Shown here: piece by piece, positions 56,231 through 64,000 of the stretch | How positions within the stretch are numbered: the first letter of the stretch is position 1 | Layout of the letters: the number at the start of each line of letters is the position of its first letter | From: Dehalococcoidia bacterium | GTDB taxonomy: Bacteria; Chloroflexota; Dehalococcoidia; Lucifugimonadales; UBA3495 | NCBI GenBank assembly: GCA_965204865.1 | Contig: OZ242027.1 | Coordinates: forward strand, 3,011,986-3,075,985 | Length of the DNA stretch: 64,000 bases | Direction of reading: 5' to 3' | Translations under genes and position numbers: made by a program | The notes under the pieces: model-generated | Told to the model about the DNA's origin: nothing | Database searches by the model: none | Seen by the model: the letters and a program-made list of their open reading frames with translations, nothing else

Positions 56231-56314
56231 ATGAGAATTACCTGGGACGCTTGCGGTTATCGCTGCTATTTCTTTACCGGTTGCCAGCCAGCCGGCGAAG
56301 GATTGGTGTGCTAG
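56231..56314 (+). CDS. Putative leader peptide MRITWDACGYRCYFFTGCQPAGEGLVC
   Basis: 27-codon ORF rich in Trp/Tyr/Phe/Cys immediately before an intrinsic terminator upstream of DAHP synthase. Confidence 0.35.
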   Translation: MRITWDACGYRCYFFTGCQPAGEGLVC

Positions 56315-56340
56315 CCAAAGGCAGCCAGGAGGACACCAAA

Positions 56341-56369
56341 CCCCAGCCGGCATAGGTTGGGGGTTTTTT
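56341..56369 (+). terminator. Intrinsic terminator, possible attenuator
   Basis: CCCCAGCC-ggcata-GGTTGGGG-g-TTTTTT lies about 100 nt upstream of the DAHP synthase start. Confidence 0.7.
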
Positions 56370-56467
56370 GTAGTTGTGCCGGAGGCCGGGCCTGGATTGG
56401 CTGATCGGGCGTGGGGGTGGATGTAAGACCGTTACCTGAGTCACTATATTTGTTTGGAAGGAACACC

Positions 56468-57538
56468 ATGCAACCGTCGGCAACCAGAGATGTACACATC
56501 GAGTCCATGCAGCCCCTCACCACGCCGCGAAATCTCGTCAATTCCCTCCCCATCACTCCTTTCGTGGAAAGGACTGTCTTAGAGGGTCGGGAACAGGTGC
56601 GAAAGGTTCTCAATGGCGAGGATCTCAGGCTACTCCTTGTCGTCGGTCCCTGCTCCATCCACAGCAAGGAATCCGCCCTGGAGTACGCGGGCCGCCTCAA
56701 GGAACTGTCCGAAAAACTCAGCGACCGCCTTCTCATAGTGATGCGGGTCTACTTCGAAAAGCCCCGCACCACCGTTGGCTGGAAGGGCCTTATCTATGAC
56801 CCCCACCTCAATGACACCTTCGACATCGAGGCCGGACTGCGCACCGCCCGCTCTCTCCTTCTCGAGATTGGTGAGATGGGGATGTACGCGGGCACCGAGT
56901 TCCTGGACCCGGTTGTCCCTCAATATCTGGCTGGCCTGATAACCTGGGGCACCATCGGGGCCCGCACCACCGAAAGCCAGATCCACCGGCAGATGGCCAG
57001 CGGCCTGAGTATGCCGGTCGGATTCAAGAACGGCACCGACGGTAATGCCCAGGTCGCGGTGGACGCCATGCTGTCGGCCCGCAGCCCGCATGGTTTTCTG
57101 GGCATGGACGGCGATGGGCAGACCGCCCTGATTCGCACCACCGGCAACCCCGACGGGCACCTTGTGCTCCGAGGCGGCAATGCGGGCCCCAATTTTGGCG
57201 CGGAAGCTATCGCTGAGGCCAAGGAGCGCCTGGGGAAGGCCGGCGTCCGCTCCCAGCTCATGGTTGACTGTAGCCACGGCAACTCCAACAAAGACTACAG
57301 GCAGCAAGCCCGCGCTTTCAAGGATGTAGTTTCCCAGAGGACCAGCGGGGGGAGTGACATCATTGGCGCGATGCTGGAGAGCAACCTCAACGAGGGCAAC
57401 CAGCGCCTCTGCGAAGACCTTTCCCAGTTGCAGTACGGCGTCTCCATCACCGACGCCTGTATCGGCTGGGGGGAGACCGAGGAGCTGCTCCATTGGGCCT
57501 ACGAAGCCATGGGCGCCCTCGCCGCCGCTCCGGTCTAG
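56468..57538 (+). CDS. 3-deoxy-7-phosphoheptulonate synthase, AroG/F type
   Basis: LLLVVGPCSIHSKESALEYAGRLKELSEKL; PRTTVGWKGLIYDPH; MVDCSHGNSNKDYRQQ. Confidence 0.93.
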   Translation: MQPSATRDVHIESMQPLTTPRNLVNSLPITPFVERTVLEGREQVRKVLNGEDLRLLLVVGPCSIHSKESALEYAGRLKELSEKLSDRLLIVMRVYFEKPRTTVGWKGLIYDPHLNDTFDIEAGLRTARSLLLEIGEMGMYAGTEFLDPVVPQYLAGLITWGTIGARTTESQIHRQMASGLSMPVGFKNGTDGNAQVAVDAMLSARSPHGFLGMDGDGQTALIRTTGNPDGHLVLRGGNAGPNFGAEAIAEAKERLGKAGVRSQLMVDCSHGNSNKDYRQQARAFKDVVSQRTSGGSDIIGAMLESNLNEGNQRLCEDLSQLQYGVSITDACIGWGETEELLHWAYEAMGALAAAPV

Positions 57539-57564
57539 CCACATTTCCGCACTCAGACTACAGA

Positions 57565-57596
57565 AACCGCCGGGGTTGCCCAATCCCCCGGCGGTT
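57565..57596 (+). terminator. Intrinsic terminator after DAHP synthase
   Basis: AACCGCCGGGG...CCCCGGCGGTT followed by TGTCTT. Confidence 0.65.
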
Positions 57597-57937
57597 TGTC
57601 TTCCCCCAGCCCTCCCATCATTCCCGCGCCCTGGTTCGGCAACCGTAGTGGAGAAATTTAAAGCGGTGGCGGATTTGCCCGCCACCGTTTTCCTGCGCTT
57701 CATTGGAGTAGAGGCGAAGGTGAAACCCGTTCATCCTTCGACAGGCTCAGGACGAACAAGCGGGGTGAGCGTTCCGATATAGGTCGTCCATTAAGATGAC
57801 GACCGGTGTTTGGATTCCCGCTTTCGCGGGAATGACGGGTGGGCGCTCGGCAATTGTTGCACACCCTCCTGCACAAGTGGGGAACGCCCTCACTCTGGCC
57901 CTTTCCCAGGAGGAGAGGGGATTTGTCTTGCACCATC

Positions 57938-58720
57938 TCACAAGCCGGCCTTGACTGCCGACTCCCGCATACTCTCCAGGTAGGCAAGGCTGGAGGTCTG
58001 GAGTAGGCTGTTGACGTTGCCGTGGAAGTACTGGACGCCGAGGTCTAGGAACTTGGGCACCAGGTTGTCGGGGCAGCTTACGCCAGCCACCTTGCCGGCC
58101 TTTACTATGACGTCCACGCCGCGCTCCATCTGCGCCTGGACTTCAGGGTGGGTCTGCTGACCGGGGACGCCCATGGACTGGGACAGGTCTCCGGAGCCGA
58201 TGAAGAAGACGTCCACGCCGTCCACCTGGACCATGGACTCCAGGTTTTCGATGGCCTCGACTTCCTCCAGCATGAGGCAGACCAGGGTGTTGCGGTTGGC
58301 CTCGGCCACGTAGTCGCCGGTGGAGCCGCTGAAGCCGTAGCCCGCCGGGCGGCTGCGGCTGAAGATGCCGCGGTGTCCCTCGGGGTAGTACTTGACCGCG
58401 TCCACCGTCGCTCTTGCCTCGTCCGCGGTGTTGACGTGGGGAACCTGTACGCCCCATGCGCCCCGGTCAAGGAAGGGGGCGATGATTTCCGGCTTGTTGG
58501 CTACGGGGCGGACGATGGGCGCGATGCCGGAAAGCTCGGAGGCTCGCACCAGGTCCTCGGAGTTATCCACGGTTATGGAGCCGTGTTCGTTGTCCAGCAG
58601 CACCCAGTCGAAACCGAGGCAGCCCAGCATTTCCACCACCGGGGCCGAAGGGAAGGTAATCATCACCCCGAAGACTGCTTTTCCCTGTTGCAGGGTTTCT
58701 TTCAGCGTGTTCTCGCGCAT
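57938..58720 (-). CDS. HpcH/HpaI aldolase/citrate lyase family protein
   Basis: GVMITFPSAPVVEMLGCLGFDWVLLDNEHGSITVDN; CLMLEEVEAIENLESM; VDVFFIGSGDLSQSMG. Confidence 0.88.
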   Translation of the reverse strand: MRENTLKETLQQGKAVFGVMITFPSAPVVEMLGCLGFDWVLLDNEHGSITVDNSEDLVRASELSGIAPIVRPVANKPEIIAPFLDRGAWGVQVPHVNTADEARATVDAVKYYPEGHRGIFSRSRPAGYGFSGSTGDYVAEANRNTLVCLMLEEVEAIENLESMVQVDGVDVFFIGSGDLSQSMGVPGQQTHPEVQAQMERGVDVIVKAGKVAGVSCPDNLVPKFLDLGVQYFHGNVNSLLQTSSLAYLESMRESAVKAGL

Positions 58721-58762
58721 ACGTCCTCTCATCCTGTTGTCGAATGGGTTGCGAAGTGTGGC

Positions 58763-58912
58763 GGGGTTCCGCTTTAGGTGGTCTAATCAGTTGCCCCCCG
58801 TCTTCACGGGGGCAGGCTCCATCTGGGGTTTGGATTCCCGCTTTCGCGGGAATGACGGTGGGGTGCGGGAATGACGGACCGGAAACTGCAAAACCACCTA
58901 AATTGGAACGCT
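58763..58912. mobile_element. MITE-like element copy 4 (about 150 bp)
   Basis: Left end ...GGGGTTCCGCTTTAGGTGG, right end CCACCTAAATTGGAACGCT; 91 nt at 58826-58916 identical to 41523-41613. Confidence 0.65.
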
Positions 58913-59102
58913 ATCGCGAAGTGTCTAGCCGTTGACACTACACGGGAGTATACTACTCGCCACTTTTCCGGGTTACATAACCCGGCAGTGAACCGTTGAA
59001 GCCATATTGATATAATGGAAAGTATCATGGAGACACGGGCGGCCGGGATTCTTGGATCCCGCCCTTCGACAGGCTCAGGGTGATGTAAGCAGGGGGTACG
59101 AT

Positions 59103-59681
59103 ATGTTTCCGCAGGTTTCTCTGACGGCGCCTACCCGCAGCGACGTGGAACGGCTGATGGGTTGGCTCGAGGATGATGAGGTTAACACGTCCTGGTACGG
59201 CCTGGGGGACGACGGGCAACCACTTCACGCCGGTTATGTGCCGTCGCACGTCCTGGAAGGCGACGACAATGACTGGGACCGGGTGTTCAACGACGACAAT
59301 CGCAAGGTCTTTGCGGTCTACTCCAGCGAGGGCGAGCATATCGGAGAGGCGCAACTGGTCATCGAATGGCCTCTGCTGGAGGCCCAGGCCTTCATCCTGG
59401 TGGGGCGCAAAGACCTGTGGCACCACCACTATGGCACCATTTCGCTGGTCAGCTTGCTGGACCACGCCTTCAACGATCTGGGTCTGCATCGCATCTGGGT
59501 CGATGTGCCGGAGTACAACAGGCCGGCGCTGGATATGGTTGAGCATATAGGATTCGTGGTGGAAGGCCATTTCCGCAAGGCACACCGCCGGGGAGACCAG
59601 TGGTTCGATTCCTATGCCCTGGGCCTGCTGGCCGAGGAGTATCCCCGACGCCGCGCCCGCCTGATGGAGACCAATGCTTAA
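59103..59681 (+). CDS. GNAT family N-acetyltransferase
   Basis: SEGEHIGEAQLVIEWPLLEAQAFILVGRKDLWHHHYGTISLVSLLDHAFNDLGLHRIWVDVPEYNRPALDMVEHIGFVVEGHFRK. Confidence 0.85.
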   Translation: MFPQVSLTAPTRSDVERLMGWLEDDEVNTSWYGLGDDGQPLHAGYVPSHVLEGDDNDWDRVFNDDNRKVFAVYSSEGEHIGEAQLVIEWPLLEAQAFILVGRKDLWHHHYGTISLVSLLDHAFNDLGLHRIWVDVPEYNRPALDMVEHIGFVVEGHFRKAHRRGDQWFDSYALGLLAEEYPRRRARLMETNA

Positions 59682-59741
59682 CCTTCGAGCGGTTTGAGCC
59701 TCAATGAAAAGCCCTCTCACTCTACACAGGAGGAAGGAGCG

Positions 59742-60455
59742 ATGCCAGTAATAACAATCAACGGCCCCTTGGGGGCAGGCGCGGTTTCCATCGGCCAGAT
59801 GGTGGCCCGGGAATTGGAGTTGAACTTCTACGACCGGCTGATTTTCACGCAGGCAGCGCGGCTTATCGGCACTCCGGTCGGCGCGGTAATCGCCAAGGAG
59901 CAGCGCGTTGACCGCTTTCGCGACCGGCTGGGCCGGTTCCTGCAAACCATGCTGGAACGGTCGGCGATGTCCGGCGTCAGCGGCGAGCCCTACTTCGGCC
60001 GGGGCATTGAAAACCTGCCGCCAGAGACTTTCATGGAGATGATGGGCGAGGGCAGTACAAACCGGCAGGTCAGCGACAAGGAGTTTATCGAGGCCACCGA
60101 GAAGGTGGTGAAGGACATCTACGAGGAAGGCAATGCGGTAATCATCGGCCGGGGGGCCAACGCCATCTTGGAGAGTATGCCCGGCACCTTCCACGTGGGC
60201 CTGCTGGCGCCGCTGGAAGTGCGCGTACAGACCCTGATGCAGCGCGAGAACTACACCCGCGAAGAGGCCGAGAACTACGGGGCGGAGCTGGAGCAGGCGC
60301 ACGAGAATTTCTTCCGGCGTTTTTTCAACTACAACTTCTATGATCCGACCCACTACCACATGATGCTGAACATGGGGCGGATGAGCCCCGAGGCGGCCGC
60401 CGGAATCATCGTTCACGCCACCAGCGACACCTTTGCCGCACCTGCCACCGCGTGA
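59742..60455 (+). CDS. Cytidylate kinase-like family protein
   Basis: VITINGPLGAGAVSIGQMVARELELNFYDRLIFTQAARLIG; VVKDIYEEGNAVIIGRGANAIL. Confidence 0.8.
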   Translation: MPVITINGPLGAGAVSIGQMVARELELNFYDRLIFTQAARLIGTPVGAVIAKEQRVDRFRDRLGRFLQTMLERSAMSGVSGEPYFGRGIENLPPETFMEMMGEGSTNRQVSDKEFIEATEKVVKDIYEEGNAVIIGRGANAILESMPGTFHVGLLAPLEVRVQTLMQRENYTREEAENYGAELEQAHENFFRRFFNYNFYDPTHYHMMLNMGRMSPEAAAGIIVHATSDTFAAPATA

Positions 60456-60554
60456 CCCTGGCGGCATCCGCCAGGCAAAGGCGGCGGGCATCCTTCGACA
60501 AGCTCAGGATGTTCGACAAGCTCAGGATGACGGCAGTCGCCGGGGGACTGAGAA

Positions 60555-61343
60555 GTGTTTCCCTTCGCTGACGCAGGGGCCCGCCGCACCGGTCTTCCCC
60601 CGGTCACCGTGGGGCTGATCGGCCTCAACTGCCTGGTATTCCTTTACGAACTGCAAACGGGCGGTCTGGGAGTTCTAGCCGGCGGCGGCAGCTTCCACAT
60701 CGACGTCTTCTTTTTCAAGTGGGGCTTCATTCCCTCCGAACTAGCCGAGGGCAGGGACTACCAGCGGCTTTTGGGCGGAATTGACATCGCCTCTCCCATT
60801 CCCACTTGGGCCACAATACTGTCCTCAATGTTCATCCATGGCGGGTTCCTGCATCTTGCCAGCAATATGCTGTTCCTCTGGGTGTTCGGGAGCAGCATGG
60901 AGCAATCGCTGGGGCCGGGCCGGTTCGTGCTGCTCTACTTCGCTACCGGGGTCGCGGCGGCGCTAAGCCACCTGGCCATTGAGCCGCAGTCGCAGGCGCC
61001 GCTCATCGGGGCCAGCGGCGCTGTTTCCGGCGTGCTGGGGGCCTACCTGCTGACCTTTCCCTTCAACCGTATACGGGCGCTCATCCTGATGATTCTCATC
61101 ACCGTAATCGAGCTGCCCGCGATATGGTTGCTGGGAGGGTGGTTCGTCTGGCAGTTAATCCAGGGGCTAACGTCGCTGGGGCTGTCCAACGCGGTAAACG
61201 TGGCGTTCTTTGCCCACGTGGGCGGGTTCGTGGCCGGGGTGGCGCTGATTGCCGCCGCCCGCGCGCTCACCGGCAGGCCGGTGCTGCCCCGTCGCCCGCA
61301 GCCTTGGGGCTACTGGCGGGATGAGGACGATTCGTATGGTTAG
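60555..61343 (+). CDS. Rhomboid family intramembrane serine protease (GTG start)
   Basis: PTWATILSSMFIHGGFLHLASNMLFLWVFG; IGASGAVSGVLGAYLLTFP (GASG); FFAHVGGFVAGVALI. Confidence 0.9.
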   Translation: MFPFADAGARRTGLPPVTVGLIGLNCLVFLYELQTGGLGVLAGGGSFHIDVFFFKWGFIPSELAEGRDYQRLLGGIDIASPIPTWATILSSMFIHGGFLHLASNMLFLWVFGSSMEQSLGPGRFVLLYFATGVAAALSHLAIEPQSQAPLIGASGAVSGVLGAYLLTFPFNRIRALILMILITVIELPAIWLLGGWFVWQLIQGLTSLGLSNAVNVAFFAHVGGFVAGVALIAAARALTGRPVLPRRPQPWGYWRDEDDSYG

Positions 61344-61394
61344 GCAACGCCCGGCGGATTCAGCGCATTCCCACCGTGGACGCGGAGCATTACC

Positions 61395-61817
61395 TTGAAG
61401 CAGGAACCAGAAAGCGACCAGCGCGTAACCATCTGGAGCGTGCCAGAGGACTGGCAGAGGTGGTATCTTGCGCTGTTCAACATCCAGATATTATGCTTGC
61501 TGGGACTGGTATGCTGGCATGAGGTGGCTACGGCTCCCGACGGCGGAGTGGCGATTGATGTGTTGATCGCCGTCGGATCGAGCATGGCGGGGCTGATCAT
61601 TCTCGTGGCGGCGGAAAGCATTTTCCTGACGGATGTGACCAAGATGCTGTTTACGATGATTTCAGACAGATATCTGAGGCGCGAGCGCGCTAAGGGACGA
61701 GCCGAAGAACGTCAGAAATGGGAGGAATGGAACGAGCGACGCTTGGCGGCGGAGGCTGCTGGTGAGGGCTTTACCGAGCCACCTCCGTCTTCCACTAACT
61801 CTAACGGTAGCGGGTAG
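61395..61817 (+). CDS. Hypothetical membrane protein with EWNERRLAAEAAGEGFTEP tail
   Basis: 140-aa ORF, two hydrophobic segments. Confidence 0.55.
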   Translation: MKQEPESDQRVTIWSVPEDWQRWYLALFNIQILCLLGLVCWHEVATAPDGGVAIDVLIAVGSSMAGLIILVAAESIFLTDVTKMLFTMISDRYLRRERAKGRAEERQKWEEWNERRLAAEAAGEGFTEPPPSSTNSNGSG

Positions 61818-61866
61818 GTGCAATTCTATAGGCGATCTCACTGTATGAACCAGGTGAGGTAGAGAT

Positions 61867-62193
61867 ATGTTCAGTTGGCTTGCTGACAAGTTGTTCAGGG
61901 GACGAAGGGAAAGCGCGGACGCTCATACGCAACGGGTCTGGGCGGAGTGGGATACTCGGCGGATGGCTGCGGAAGAGACAGGAGAAGCGTTTGCGGAGCC
62001 TGAGCCGGAACAGCCCAAGTCCGGCAGGAGGCGATGGCGGCGGGGGCGTCCGTCGGCCCTGGATGCGGGGGCGGCTGGCGCTACGGGCGCTTTCCTGGTG
62101 GGGCCGCACATTGACCACGGGCATGGCCATGGCCACGGTGGATTCGACGGCGGCTTTCACGGCGGTGGCGGCGATGCGGGGGGCGGGTTTTAA
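61867..62193 (+). CDS. Hypothetical protein with EWDTRRMAAEETGEAFAEP motif and His/Gly-rich C-terminus
   Basis: 108-aa ORF MFSWLADKLFRGRRESADAHTQRVWAEWDTRRMAAEETGEAFAEP...HGHGHGHGGFDGGFHGGGGDAGGGF. Confidence 0.5.
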   Translation: MFSWLADKLFRGRRESADAHTQRVWAEWDTRRMAAEETGEAFAEPEPEQPKSGRRRWRRGRPSALDAGAAGATGAFLVGPHIDHGHGHGHGGFDGGFHGGGGDAGGGF

Positions 62194-62206
62194 CGACTAT
62201 ATGAAA

Positions 62207-62231
62207 GGGGCGTCCCACTAGGGGACGCCCC
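62207..62231. terminator. Stem-loop between convergent genes
   Basis: GGGGCGTCCC-acta-GGGGACGCCCC between 62193(+) and 62259(-). Confidence 0.55.
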
Positions 62232-62258
62232 GATGCCTTTCGCCTATCTGTACAGACC

Positions 62259-64000
62259 TTACTGGGTGATGAGGTTGCGGTAGGGTCGCGTCGCCAGGTT
62301 CCAGCTATCGGCGTTGCGGTCGTAGCGGGAGTTGACGAAGACGCGCCAGTTGACGTCGTCCAGGTCCGGGAAGTCGGAGCGGTAGTAGTAGCCAGGCCAG
62401 CGGGTCTCCTCGCGGTAGAGCAGGTGGCGCAGGTGGGCCTCTCCGACCCAGGCGCGATGCACCACCTCCCAGCAGCGCATTAACTCATGGGGTGAACGGG
62501 CCGCCAGGTGTGTCAGGTCCTCGCGCAGCATCTCGATCAGGGCGATGCCGCGCTCCAGGGTCGGGCGGTTGGTGGTGTACCAGGCGGATGCGCCGGCGCC
62601 GTACTCGTCCATGATTTTTTGCAACCGGACCAAGCCCTGCTTCGGGGTCAGGTAGTTGGGATTGATTTCCTCGGCGGTGGTTGCTCCCTTGTGCCGGTCA
62701 TAGGTGGTCAGCGGGGCAAGTATCCTGGCCTGCATCCCCTGCACCTGGTCGCCGGACACCGTGGGGCGGCCGGGGTTGTCGGTCAGGTAGTTGACGGCGG
62801 CCTTGGCGGCGATGCGGCCCTCGGTGAAGGAGCCGGAGGAGAACTTGTGGGGGGCGGCGCCCACGCCGTCGCCGGCGGCGAACAGGCCGCGGATGGTGGT
62901 CATGCGGTTGTAGCCCCAGAAGTAGTCGTCGGAGGCGATGTCCTCCGGGCCGCTGACCCATGCGCCGGCCTCGCCGGAGTGGGAACCCATGATGTAGGGT
63001 TCGGCCAGCACTACCTCGGATGGCGTTTCCTCGGGCGCGATGTTCTGGGCGGCCCAGGTGAGGGCCTGGGAGATGGTCATGTCGAGGAAGTCTTCCCAGG
63101 CCTCGTTGCGGACCTGCTCCATCTTGTCGGGGTCAATGGTGCCGTCTGGACCGGCGGAGAGGGCCTGCATGGCCTGGTCGGTGCGCATATACATCGGGCC
63201 GTAGCCGTCGCGGACGTCGAGGAACATCTGGTGGTTGCGGAGCGGCGTTGGCGTGGGGATGGCCGAGCCGTAGGGCTCGTACTTGTCCAGCTCGGCGGCG
63301 CGGGTGACGGTGTAGTCGTCGCCCAGCGCGTTGAGCACCTTGGCGTGGAAGTACTGGAACCACATTCCCACCGGGCCGTAGCCGTCCTTGAAGCGGGTGG
63401 GGACGAAGCGGTGCTCCATCTGGGTCATCTCGACCCCGGCGGGAATCATCAGGCCATAGGCCGAGCCGGTGGCGAAGACGGAGTACCAGGTGCGGCCCAG
63501 GCCCTCGCTGACGGAGCGGGGGCGGAAGACGTTGGACGCGCCGCCAGTGGTGATGATTACCACCGGCGAGCGGAAGACGTAGAACTTGTTGTCGCGCACC
63601 GAGAATCCTGCGGCGCCGGCAATCTTGCCGGGGTCTTCGTCGTCGGTGAGCAGGTGGGTGATGGCGATGCGCTCGTAGATGTTCTCATCGCCGAGGGCGG
63701 TGCGGGCAGGCTCGGCGGCGATGGGCTTGATGGACTCGCCGTGAATGGGAATCTGCCAGCGGCCGATGCGCTCGTACTGGCCGTTTTCCTGCTTCCAGAT
63801 GGGCAGGCCCCATTCTTCCAGCAGGTGGACGGAGTTGTCCACGTGGCGGCCCACGTCGTATACGAGGTCTTCGCGGGCCAGGCCCATCATGTCGTTGACG
63901 ACGTAGTTGACGAAGTCCTCGGGGGTGTTCCAGCCGTAACGCTGGCCCATGTAGCAGTTGATGGCCGAGAGGCCCTCGCCGGTGGCGCCGCTGCGCTCGA
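62259..64000 (-). CDS. aprA: Adenylylsulfate reductase alpha subunit, 5' truncated by window edge
   Basis: MGQRYGWNTPEDFVNYVVNDMMGLAREDLVYDVGRHVDNSVHLLEEWGLPIW; RHLLYREETRWPGYYYRSDFPDLDDVNWRVFVNSRYD; frame remains open to 64000. Confidence 0.88.
   Translation of the reverse strand, partial: ERSGATGEGLSAINCYMGQRYGWNTPEDFVNYVVNDMMGLAREDLVYDVGRHVDNSVHLLEEWGLPIWKQENGQYERIGRWQIPIHGESIKPIAAEPARTALGDENIYERIAITHLLTDDEDPGKIAGAAGFSVRDNKFYVFRSPVVIITTGGASNVFRPRSVSEGLGRTWYSVFATGSAYGLMIPAGVEMTQMEHRFVPTRFKDGYGPVGMWFQYFHAKVLNALGDDYTVTRAAELDKYEPYGSAIPTPTPLRNHQMFLDVRDGYGPMYMRTDQAMQALSAGPDGTIDPDKMEQVRNEAWEDFLDMTISQALTWAAQNIAPEETPSEVVLAEPYIMGSHSGEAGAWVSGPEDIASDDYFWGYNRMTTIRGLFAAGDGVGAAPHKFSSGSFTEGRIAAKAAVNYLTDNPGRPTVSGDQVQGMQARILAPLTTYDRHKGATTAEEINPNYLTPKQGLVRLQKIMDEYGAGASAWYTTNRPTLERGIALIEMLREDLTHLAARSPHELMRCWEVVHRAWVGEAHLRHLLYREETRWPGYYYRSDFPDLDDVNWRVFVNSRYDRNADSWNLATRPYRNLITQ

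Overview
High-GC bacterial contig without rRNA, tRNA or CRISPR that I could recognise. Gene content is metabolic: DUF1800/DUF1501, TPP enzyme, hydantoinase-like amidohydrolase, CaiB-type CoA transferase, P450, two GMC oxidoreductases, luciferase-like monooxygenase, membrane pyrophosphatase, trpA/chorismate mutase/DAHP synthase and AprA. By inference it resembles a Chloroflexota/SAR202-like heterotroph; taxonomy was not tested. The most notable result is three genes that an ordinary caller splits at an in-frame TGA, where the TGA sits exactly on a redox-cysteine position. They are (1) a CMD/AhpD-fold protein at 9272-9805(-), NECAT-U-KLGR, CxxU; (2) a glutaredoxin fused to a DinB-like domain at 31436-32203(+), YTQPG-U-FSC, UxxC; (3) a peroxidase-related CMD protein at 34328-34879(-), NHCRY-U-TMAHGG, CxxU. 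Each TGA is followed at +18 to +23 nt by a hairpin with a G-rich tri-loop (GGC, GGA, GUU), as expected of bacterial SECIS elements, so I propose three selenoproteins in about 25 kb. Other observations: a MITE-like family with ~19-bp terminal inverted repeats (AGCGTTCC-N4-TAGGTGG), a ~96% identical ORF duplicated 27 kb apart with shared 10-nt leader repeats and a probably frameshifted HTH gene, a DNA methyltransferase-HNH fusion, a pair of overlapping PD-(D/E)XK-like genes, two toxin-antitoxin modules, and a leader-peptide/terminator arrangement upstream of DAHP synthase.
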